Assembly (NCBI GenBank): GCA_964035545.1
Contig: OZ037771.1
Span: forward strand, 2,429,628 to 2,493,627
Direction of reading: 5' to 3'
Length of the DNA: 64,000 nt
DNA from: Bugula neritina
Taxonomy: Eukaryota; Animalia; Bryozoa
The notes beneath the pieces were generated by a model that saw only the letters and a list, made by a program, of their open reading frames with translations, was not told the origin of the DNA and did not search any database. Below, in pieces: positions 12,201 through 29,570 of the stretch; within the stretch, counting starts at the first letter, position 1; each line of letters begins with the position of its first letter. The translations under genes were made by a program, and so were the position numbers.

Positions 12201-14385
12201 TGGCATGCAGTGTAGTCACATGTACGAGTGCTTCATCAACTTAGTGCACAAGGGAATGATTTTAAGTACTCTAGAGGTAAGACAACTGCTTACATGTGGA
12301 GAAGACAACTTTTTATTGCTGTCTGAGAAAACTGTAGCTATGCATTTTTACAAACATATTTTATTGTTTTTACTGCTTCATTTTTTATGTTTAAGTAACA
12401 TGTGGGTATTTCTCTACCCTGTCTAGCAGATGTTCTATACCATACATTTAATCTTACTAAGCAGTTTTATCAAACATTTTGAATAGTAAAAATATACATA
12501 ACTTGTGAAATTGAAAGTCTTAGATAAAGAAAGAATATCACCGAAAGCTCTACTATTCTTGTAAAATGTATTAATTTGTACTAAATTACAGATTATTGAA
12601 CTTCTTTTAAATATATTGATGAAACGTGAAATATATTTATGGCACACTTTTAAAATACTGTTCAAAATATATTGGTAGAAACCAATATAATTATAAATTT
12701 CTTTCTGAAACTGTAGAGAAATAGTTGAAGGTTGTTTCACTTTTAGATGTTTTGGGAAGAAGATATTTCAGCCAAGAGTTACGGATGGAACATTGGAAAG
12801 GCTCTGTTTGACTTCTCCTTCTTCATTATCATCTCAACCATTGGATTGAACATCATCTTTGGTATCATTGTGGACACATTCTCTGAATTGAGAGACAGGT
12901 CTGTTACTCTTTGTGTTGGGAGATAGGTTAGTTACTCTTTGTGTTGGGAGATAGGTTAGTTACTCTTTATGTTATGGGATAGATTAGTTACTGTTTGTGT
13001 TGGCGATATTAATTTTGTTGCTCATTGTTTTGTGAAATAAGTTAATTAATCTTTTAAAACTTTTGATCATATGTAATAACAATGTTGTATATTTATTAAA
13101 TTCATTAACAGTATTAGAAGTAGCTGCCTCAAGATTACTGAGTATGTTTTCCATTCAGTTAGTAAGTTTATAATATAAATTTAAATCTTTTTTGTAGCAA
13201 GTGGCAAATTGATCAAGATATGCGAAACTCCTGTTTCATCTGCAGCAGAGAGAGTTACGACTTTGAGCACCATCCAGGAGTAAGTTTCTCTTGTTGAATG
13301 TTACTTCAAGACAATGGAGTCGTTCATTTCATTTATTTGTATATCTGATCTTCATATATTTATGGACTTTAGAATATTTCAATTCAATAATGCCAACAAA
13401 ATCCAGGTTGTTTTTAAGTCAAATCTAAGCACTTCGAAACATGAACTTAATTGAAAGTCACAGTGTTTAGAAGAGGCAGTTGCTTAGTCTAGGTTCTGAA
13501 AGTTTAGAATAGCCTAAGTTCTTTGACTTCTTACATGGCTGACAGAAGAGAAATAAGCTAAGTATCAAAGCAAGTTAGAAATGTTTACTGGGACCATCAG
13601 AATAGCCAATAAAGTTGTAAAATTTGAATAATGCTAAAATCTCAAGAGTTGTCCCCCTGTTCTGTAAATACTATGTCATAGTAGTATTTGCACAGTTCCT
13701 TGTAATAATATGAAGCAATGTGTTTCCAGGGCTTTGAAAAGCATGTGAAACAAGAGCACTATCAGTGGGCGTATCTCTTCTTCTTTATTCACCTCCGAAA
13801 CACGAGAATCAACGACTATTCTGCCATTGAACTTTACGTGCACCGACAGCTACTCAAAGATAACATCAGTTTCTTCCCTCTTAATAGGGCTATGAGTTTA
13901 GAGGTACGTGTATATCTAGTATAAAGGTACGTGTGTATTAATAGTAAGAATACAGATTGGCGTAAAATAATGTTAGTTACACTTATTGTGAGGTGCATGT
14001 ATAGATATAATTAAGTTTGCTGTAACTACATTATTGTTTATCTGATGACAGCACACTCACCCACTCACTGCCTCACTCACTCACTCACTCACTCACTCAC
14101 TCACTCACTCACATGCACGCACAAGTACGCAACCACACGCACACACACACACACACACATACACACACGATCTCCATTTACCGCTAACTCACACTGGTCT
14201 CTACGTACTGTTGATTTCCACAGGATGAAGAAGATTCCAATGAAGCCAAGATTGACACGCTGCTGCAGAAGGTCAACTACATCATGGAGAAGATGAAAGC
14301 GCAGGAGGCCTTGAAGTTCTACGAAGAAGAGGAGCGTAAGCAGCAGGAGTGGATCCAGCGGAATGCAGCTGGGAAAGCCCCATAA
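219..14385 (+). CDS. Divergent inositol 1,4,5-trisphosphate receptor/ryanodine receptor-family channel (ITPR-like), 3' portion; 5' end lies upstream of the window
   Basis: Phase-consistent GT-AG exons: 219-251 (less certain), 1249-1399, 1707-1910, 2038-2181, 2642-2800, 3198-3338, 3506-3655, 3820-4002, [candidate microexons 4457-5546], 6826-7003, 7376-7521, 7803-7972, 8091-8234, 8566-8754, 9255-9360, 11827-11950, 12101-12276, 12747-12898, 13198-13279, 13730-13903, 14224-14385 (TAA). Motifs: RIH-associated domain (LGLMCDGQNTQLQNYLREQPDNIKSFNLV, TLVEFCSG), TM region (FFSFHLL, LLKRVIMAVTRNG), TM6 LNIIFGIIVDTFSELRD, zinc finger CFIC..FEKHVKQEH, and FFPLNRAMSL. Confidence 0.92.
4457..5546 (+). CDS. 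Cluster of five candidate phase-0 micro/mini-exons of the ITPR-like gene
   Basis: 4457-4468 (tttcag|LSME|gtaaga), 4656-4676 (gacag|GTTTLIK|gtttgt), 4916-4975 (ttaag|VKQQSDGLNFTNLAKLTTVQ|gtaaca), 5342-5371 (ctatag|PSRIDDYDTK|gtatgt), 5523-5546 (atatag|SELGTPIK|gtaata). All are multiples of 3, stop-free, and match the phase-0 flanking exons. Confidence 0.65.
6651..6813 (+). repeat. 18-nt minisatellite (GTGAGTCATAGCTATTGG), ~9 copies, ending ~12 nt before the acceptor at 6825
   Basis: Periodicity visible directly; translates as (SHSYWV)n in frame with the next exon. Confidence 0.9.
7663..7733 (-). pseudogene. tRNA-derived (Ala-TGC-like) element or SINE head with a Pol III-type T-run
   Basis: Minus strand reads GTACCAGTGGTGTAATGGTTAGCGCGCCTGCTTGCAAGCCGGAGGTCTCGGCTTCAAGTCACAGTGACAGA. 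It has an A-box (TGGTGTAATGG), an anticodon-like arm around TGC and a degenerate B-box (GGCTTCAAGTC), followed by T9 (A-run 7653-7661). The acceptor stem does not pair, so it is not a functional tRNA. Confidence 0.65.
9352..11708 (+). repeat. 2.35-kb minisatellite of 24/26-nt units (TATCATATC|GTAAGTATTACTCACTG), ~90-95 copies, each containing the exon end and 5' splice site
   Basis: The first unit overlaps the last 9 coding nt of exon 9255-9360. The array fills ~95% of intron 9361-11826. Confidence 0.97.
12888..13008 (+). repeat. 28-nt tandem repeat, ~4 copies, spanning the donor at 12898/12899
   Basis: ttgagagacag|gtctgttactctttgtg is followed by ttgggagatag|gttagttactctttgtg-type copies; GT at 12899, 12927 and 12955. 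Confidence 0.9.
14055..14168. repeat. (CACT)n/(CA)n microsatellite
   Basis: Seen directly. Confidence 0.9.
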
Positions 14386-17300
14386 AGTGCTACAACAAAT
14401 CATCTCAGTATCATGCAATTGAGATGTAGTTGTCTTCTCGCTCACCTTTCCAGATATATTATAATATTATGCCTTGTAACATTGTGACACTCTTTCAGGA
14501 ACCTTATGTGTACAGTAACATGCATCAGAATATACTGTGTTTCTAAACGAGCTTAGATCTGATTGGTTGACATCATATCCTAGCATGTTTCTGATTGGCT
14601 GATAAAATGGAACACTAAATATAATTCGTTGCTCTACGATTTATAAAAATTGTTCCAACTTTATATAACTTTGCTCATCACTTCGACTTCCAAGTTTTCA
14701 GTTGTTTCTTTTTTATTAACTAAAACTTTTTTTCATATTGACTATATTTCATTCCATCATCTGCTAGTATTCTTTTGCTATGTCGTTTGTTACGTCTGCT
14801 TATTGTATTTTGCTTCGAATATTAACCCAGCCATCAGATAAATGTTAAATTTTATTATGCTGCTTCTAGTTTTATATTATCATATTTAAATTAAAATTAT
14901 TTTATCTAACAAATAAGGAATTGCTACTCTGTTTTTAATATGATTTACTTTATTTGCAATGCCCTTTATTTTAACTTAATGTTTTTTATCATGATGATTA
15001 CTAATGCGAAGTCAGTTTTCATATTCTATATTTTATTTTAATTGTCATATATTTAATTTAATAATATAATAATAAGCTATACAACTAATAAGTATGTTGT
15101 AGTGTTATTTTGTTGTTTAGTAATGAAAGCACTAAATAGAAAGACTGCTTTTTTAAATTCTTTCAACTCAGTGATAAGAAAATTTATTCAAGTATATTTA
15201 TTGCGTTCAGAATTCATACCTTACATACTCAACATTTGTGACAAAATATCTGACTCAAAGCTGGCTTTATGACTCAACAATTAACTTACAAAACAGAGCC
15301 AAGCTATTGCTCTTTCACTGTTATAAATAGCTCAAATCTGATGCTGAATTACTTAACCAGTAAGTTGGGGGGGAGTTCTGCCACCCATTCTGTCTATCGT
15401 TAGATTTTATATCATTTGTCTTTACTTTGGTCATAAGTAAAGCCGTGAGATCTGCATATTAAGTGGTCAGAATGTTTATTAAGACTGCTGGTTTCAAATT
15501 TCACAATTTCGAAAATTGACTTGTGTTGATATACGCACATGTCAAAAACAAGCTTGTAATTCTACTTGCATATTATGAAGTTTTCACTTCATGTTCTGCT
15601 AGTTGAATAAATTACTAGGTCAGAGAGGCTCACGGACTGTATTTCTTCTTTATTTTTATTATGTAGCAGACCAACCTTTCTTATATAACTAACCAAACAA
15701 CCATTACCAACCCTGAAACCATGTGGTTGTGTTCTTAGTAAGATACTGACTACTAAATTTCATCTACTTGCTTGCTATAAATAATTATAAATAGCTGTAA
15801 TAGCTTACAATAGCTAGCTATATAGCTGAGACAAGCTAGCTTGGAAATTGAGTGACCAATGATGAAATGTAGTCCCCAAGCACAGTCTATAGTGCAAGAA
15901 AAAACTTTACACATATGTTGTTGATTTGTCGATAAGCTGCATAATGCAAATAAACAATTATGAATTGCATTGCACATTGGCTTGCTCACTATAATATTTA
16001 TAACCTAATAAGTGGTTTTATAAAATTATTGGTTCAGAAACTGGGCTAGTCATAGTTTTTTAACAAATAAGAAATTCAAGTTGATATTTTTAAGTTTCAA
16101 TTAAAACTTTTTATTCACTTATTCTACTTATATTATGCTGTTAATTAATTACTTTTCAAAGGTGCTAGTAGCAATGTTGAGCAATTATGCATTCATATTT
16201 AAGACTACACACCAAATTATATTATTATTATTATAAAATTTAATTTATTTATATTGATATCTTGCAGAGATCAATTATATAATCAAATAATAAGGCAACA
16301 TGCAGAAAATTTAGTTTTGGGTTAACACATTTTAATCACATATTATTATTAGAGTTATCTCTCTTGTTAGTTTTACTTTTGTTAAATAATTTACTTTTGC
16401 ATATCACAAAACTAAAACTAAAAAAGATTTTAATGTTTTAAAATTCAATAACTTTTTATTTTAGGGAAAAATTAAAATAAAAATGATTTCAGTTAAAAAC
16501 TAAAAGCGTTTTGTGAACTACACTTTTTTGTGAATTAAATCTATTTTATATAACTTCAAAAACGTGTAACTTAACGGTACTGATATATAAGATCACCATT
16601 GGACATTGTCCATTTCTTTTCTTTGAAGTGTTGGCTATAGCCAACATAATGAGCAAAGCATCTATCTGTTAGAGCATATGTGACAGTTACGCAGGTGATT
16701 GCTTGACCCAGAGTAATTACTACATAATATCACGATATGGATAGTTATGCTAAGACCCCACCAACTGCTAAAAGCAAATAAAGGAATATGCCAAAATTAT
16801 GGGAAGAAGTCCTCATCAACATATCCTACAAATTATAGTAGGGTTGAAGTAATGAACCAATTGTATTGCTATGACTGAAATATAATGTTTACTTAACATA
16901 ATAGTATGCTGGGTATAATGCAATGATTATATATTATTAAACTTTTATCTCCGACACATTTTTTATATAATTAAGTGAAAAAGTTACAAAAAATTAGCTT
17001 TGATTCAAAAACCTTCTCCCAAGGACTTAATTTTTGGGGTTTTCTCCCTTGTTGCAAAAAATTTAATTAAAAGTAATTTTAAATTATATAAAATCATAAT
17101 ATAGTAATTTAAACTGTTGTAGAAATTTATTTAATTTTATGATAGTAAGTTTTATTTAAAGGAAAAACAAATCTTAAATAATAAATAACATTACCTTCTA
17201 AACTACACTTCTTAAATATGTAGCAATTTTTATATAGATTATATATAGATTGTTTTTATCTGCCTTGGCCTTTCCAGGTTTTTTCTAGCTCAATGTGAAA

Positions 17301-17660
17301 ATTATTTGAATAGTTGGCAATAGCCAGCTTGACACCTGAAATACGCCTTCCAACCGTATAATCATTGCCTTCAATCTTTACTTGCCCTCTACCTTCATAC
17401 CATCCTTCAATGGGAAAAATGAAACTCTTTGAGGGGTAATAAGCTAATCTTTGAAAGTAGCTGGCTGAAATCTTCACATGTACAGAATTTGTTGATTTGT
17501 CATAGATTTATTGTTCCCAGATGTGCTGTACAGGTATAGCAGCATCTTAGATTAGTGTTCTACATAATGCTACAGTAGCAGTTGGCAGCATAAATTTGAA
17601 GAAAGTATTGGCATTATACTTACAAAACCCTATAGATTGTGCTGCTTCATTTTAGAGGCA

Positions 17661-17662
<2 letters not shown>

Positions 17663-17708
<46 letters not shown>

Positions 17709-17727
17709 TGTATATATATGTATATAT
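17663..17727. repeat. (TA)n microsatellite
   Basis: Seen directly. Confidence 0.9.
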
Positions 17728-20394
17728 CATCCGTTGAAGGTGAAAGTTGAAGAAGTGATGTTATTTTTTATATCCTGGAAATAATATGTTCTTTTTATAA
17801 GATTATTTAATAATTAATTTAATTAATCATGCTAGCATTTACATGTTATCATATTTACTCCATAATCTGTGGGATATTAAGTTGATATAAGTAACATGGT
17901 GCCAATTGTTATAAAATTTTAGTTGGCTACTTTTGAAAGCCAACACACAAAAAGTGATCAAGTAGTATAAGTGGAGGATATGGACCCCTTTCTTATGGTT
18001 GCGCGCGCGTTTAGTCTAATATAAAGCAAGAATATGTACATACAAGGTGTGATGAACAATTATTTTCACTGATTATTTTTACTTGCTTTTATTTTAATTG
18101 AAAATGTTGCAAAATTTAAAAAATAACTATTACTTTAAATTATTAAATGTTCTACTTTAGTTTTCTTAAATTTCAAAGGAGTTTTATAAAATTTGTACTA
18201 ACAAGAGAGACAACTCCTAAATTAAATTTTTGATGGTTAACAATGTAATGTCGATCAGTGATATGAAACATGATTTACTGACAGCGAAAATTTCTAGAGT
18301 AGTTTTTCTTAATTATGACTTTTGTAAAAATTCATCTTTGCATGAAGCACCAGAATGTGTTTTCTCTTTAAATTAACTGTTAACTATTGTTCATATGACT
18401 GTCGAGTTATAATTTTCTTTTTGAATTCAAAGGTTGCACGGTAGAAATAATACTTTTGAATTTTGGCAAGTTAGCTAGTTAGCTATTCTTGACTCAGCTG
18501 CCATTTTATTGCGCACATTTATGCTGTTGGTTACAAGAGAAATCATACTAGCAAAGTAGGAAACTTGTAATTAACTTCATGACTGCTTTAAACAATGCTA
18601 TGCAGGTGATGAGCTCAAAATGCAAGTTGATCTATATTAAAATAATTATGATATTGTATTTCAAAAACTGTATGGTGCAGATTCGTATTAAAAGTACTGT
18701 GGACTTTCAAGTGATAATACATAATATGTAAATGATTTAACTTGCTAATAAGTCCCAAACGTCATTTTCTTCAACATACAGCTGTCCTTGATAAAAAAGG
18801 CATATATAATATGAAGGTACAACACCTGCAAATTATTAAATAACTGGTGCAATTTATTATACAAACATATAGAGGAGATGCATGTGGCAGAAAATCTTTT
18901 GCACTCATCAAGAATTTGTCACATATTTAGTTTAGGATTATATTTTGATTTTTTCAATTGTTTAAATTTCAACATTCTGTTTTGATTGCTACAAGAGCAT
19001 TGTTGAACATTAAGTGACTAAAGATAAGCTGCTCTAAAAAAGCCAGTGGGTATGTAAAGCTACAGAGTTACTTGGTAAAATATCCACAAGTTTCTATCTA
19101 TTTTTAGCCAATGTACATGTTGTTAGGTAAGTAAAATGATTGTCATATCTTGAGTGCAAATGCATCAACTTTCAGGTTTTTAGACTTTATTTAATAACAG
19201 TGATGACATATTTATTTTAAAAAAAAGTTTCAAGACTACTATAATCCTACTTCAACTAGAAATATTATATAATACACAATTGAAAATTTGAACAAGCTCT
19301 CTGCATGTTCTTATAAATTTTGTTGAGTCAATGATGGCTTCATGATTTGGTAGTTAGTGATTTGGCTATGGTGTAGCTATTGGGCTGGGGGTGGGGGGGG
19401 GTTCAAACTGCAATATAAAATTACTTGAAATCAATTTAGAGTTACGTCCTCTTAATGTAGCACAGTAGCACCATAGTTACATAATTATTGTAAGTCACTC
19501 AAATATATTTAATGTATGACTTTAATACCTTATTGTGGCACTAAATGAAACAAGCTAGTTTGCTGAATTTAATTTAACATCTAAATAGTGACATAATATA
19601 GCACTTTTAGCATAAATTACACTGTCATATATATAGAAATGTGTAAAGTGTTAGTGCAAATCGTTCTCTATAGTTTATAGTTTAGGTAATCTTTTTGAGT
19701 GCTGCTTTAGGAAAATTGGATTGCTACCTTCTTAGTTTCATTCCTTTGCTACTTATACTGCTTGAAGTCTTGTGCCTTCTTTATACAAGCCTGAGCTAAA
19801 ACAAACTTATGTAATCTATTTAAAATCTTTATTTCTGAACTTTTCATAGTACAGGTTTGTTAATAAAGCTGAAATATTAGTGACGAATACCTGCTTGCTA
19901 TACAACAGTGTTTAGGTAACGCTTCATAATAGATCATAACATATGATTTGCATTAGAAAAGAGCTAATGGTTTAAACAAAACCTTTTTCAAAATGGCTGT
20001 ATGAACTTACATCAACTCTTAAAGAACTCACTACCAAAGAGTACCTATAACAATATAATTACAAGAATGATCCATCATACATATTGTTCAAATGCACTTC
20101 TTATAATATAGTTTAGCATTGTCAATATTGCATTGTGGCATTTGTTTGCTTTACAAAGACAAGTCTTATTATTTCAAATGTCAGTTTTTATAAGGGTTTG
20201 CAAACATCTCTTCAGGATAGTCAACAAAACAACTAATGTGCCTTCTAGTAGCCAGTAATTTGGTTTATGACTCTCACTGCAATAACACTAGAGAATGATT
20301 GTAGAGCTAAGTTGTTACATCGTAAGCTTTTCTCAAAATCAAAGTGATAATTAAATTTCAATATGAATGATGAAGAATCAAACCTGTTGGACAG

Positions 20395-20640
20395 AAACCA
20401 CGTGAGTTGACAAATTACGAAACAATTACTATAATTTCCAACATACCACGGATGAACGAGTGCTTAATAGTAAGCCACGCCCCCTAGTAACCACATCTCT
20501 TCTGCAAGTGCATACGTAGCATCTCAATAGATAATTATGACGTGTACTAATGTCACGTATCCATAGCAACCGAGCTCAGATCTCTTTACACAAGTTTGGT
20601 TACTCGATTTCAAGAGCTCATAGTAGGAACACGTGTTCGG
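20395..20640 (+). promoter_or_regulatory. Putative CTH proximal promoter
   Basis: CpG-enriched relative to flanks. GC box GCCACGCCCCC at 20474-20484, CRE-like TGACGTG at ~20538, RFX X-box-like GTATCCATAGCAAC at 20557-20570, and CACGTG E-boxes at ~20399 and ~20630. Confidence 0.5.
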
Positions 20641-20656
20641 TTATACTCTCTAGATA

Positions 20657-27696
<7,040 letters not shown>

Positions 27697-28040
27697 CTTG
27701 GAGTTTAGAAGAAAGAGCTTCTATCTACACATGAGGTTGAGCCATACTATCTAGACTGTATTTCCTGTCACATATGCATGTGCAATTATAGAATGAACAT
27801 GCCTACATTATTTAAGGACAGTCAATTTGGCCAGTTTTTGGACCAGATAGAGAATTGTCAATATTTTATTTATAACTATATCCAGTTATATTTTTTTGTT
27901 GAATCTTTTTCCATTTTATATAATATTATACTTTAAAATAAAAAAAATATTTTTAAAATACCTTTAACTTATAAATACATATTTTATAGTACAAAATTAA
28001 TTAAAAGCTGAAATAACTTACTGATTGTCAGCTAAATACC

Positions 28041-28043
<3 letters not shown>

Positions 28044-28113
<70 letters not shown>
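28044..28113. repeat. (TA)n microsatellite
   Basis: Seen directly. Confidence 0.95.
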
Positions 28114-28116
<3 letters not shown>

Positions 28117-28574
28117 TAAGGAGTTTCACTCACAATTGATTTTTGCTGTTGGTGCAACATATGATGGAGTTGTGGCAGTATTTAAGGCTTACTTTCAGGG
28201 AAGGAGATAAATGTCATAATGCACTTTATGAACAAAAGCAGTTGGCTAATGAGTCGGCTGAAAAGTATGTTAGATGTGCATAATTCATGGCTGCCAACTG
28301 TAAGTTTAGTGAAGAATAAACGCAATTATTTGGCTTTGCACTTACAATAAACACTTGCAAATATTGCTGCTTGCGCATGTAATGCTAGCCTACCATTCTG
28401 TTTTACTAACCACCATATCTAATTGCTGACTTAAATATTTTGGGAACTAGTTCTACTAGAGCACCAAATTTGAATTATACATGATATTCTTATCATATTA
28501 GAAAATTTAATAGCAAAACTGTTATTTTGTACTAAATAAGGATTGCACAACAACTTTACATAATTCGTTAAGTG

Positions 28575-28740
28575 TTATCTACCCGTGCGGGCTTGGATTT
28601 TCCACCTGCACGAGTCTTTCAAATCGAGGCGGTTCTAAGAAAAGATTTTAGAAAACAAAACGAGGGGCGTAAGCATGCCGCTCTATTTACAATACCCATA
28701 ATTGAAACAAGGGACATCGTTTATTGGCTACTCATAAGTA
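28575..28740 (+). promoter_or_regulatory. Putative CCDC138 promoter
   Basis: Local CpG/GC enrichment upstream of the first coding exon. GC-box-like GAGGGGCGT at ~28662, inverted CCAAT (ATTGG) at ~28723, CHR-like TTTCAAA at ~28617. Confidence 0.4.
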
Positions 28741-29022
28741 TAAAAGTTAATGTTTGAGTACCTAGATTTACTACTTTTTTCGAAATGGATAAAATTATAG
28801 CTATGATCATAATCATAATGATGAAGTGATTGACACATTTTTACGGTTATGATAATAACGCTACTAATAACTAATTATCATTATAAATGCAATGCTGCAT
28901 AACGTTAAATTAAAAATATTGATTTAATTTATGATTTTATTGATTTTTAAGTGGCCATTAGTTTCTATTTTGTGATGCTCATACTCATACTGATACTCAT
29001 AGTCATGGTGCCTCTGGGCTCT

Positions 29023-29075
29023 GAGTGTGACTAACTCACTATGACTATGGCTATCATAGTGAGTTAGTCACACTC
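29023..29075. other. Perfect 22-bp inverted repeat with a 9-nt loop
   Basis: GAGTGTGACTAACTCACTATGA (29023-29044) and TCATAGTGAGTTAGTCACACTC (29054-29075) are exact reverse complements. Confidence 0.9.
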
Positions 29076-29570
29076 GCACAGTGACAGTCACTATGTGGGT
29101 ATCATAGTCAATGTCATACTGATACTGTTGGTGATTATCATACCGAGAGCGAGTGTGATGATCATGATGATCATGAACTTGAAGTACCTACTCATAAAGT
29201 TGAATAGATTTGCAATTGCACGTTCACGTTGATGTTCTACTAGTACTTGTATATTAATATTATTATTAAATTTAATGTTACTGCAAATTTATTTGTTTAG
29301 GATTATCATTACATTTTAATTTAAAGCAATTAAATTTACTGACTTATAAATTATCAAGAATCGAATTTTAATTTTCAATTTTTATTTGAAACTTTTATTT
29401 TCGATTTTGCTATGCCTGTGTCAGCTGAACTATGTGATGTAGGTGTAATTCTGATCATCGAGTTTGCTGAGTAGTAATAGTAGTACTAATAGTAATAGTA
29501 AATGTTATAGTTACAGTAATACTCCGAGTTAATGTGATTTAAATATTTATAGACCAAATAGGGAAATTGG

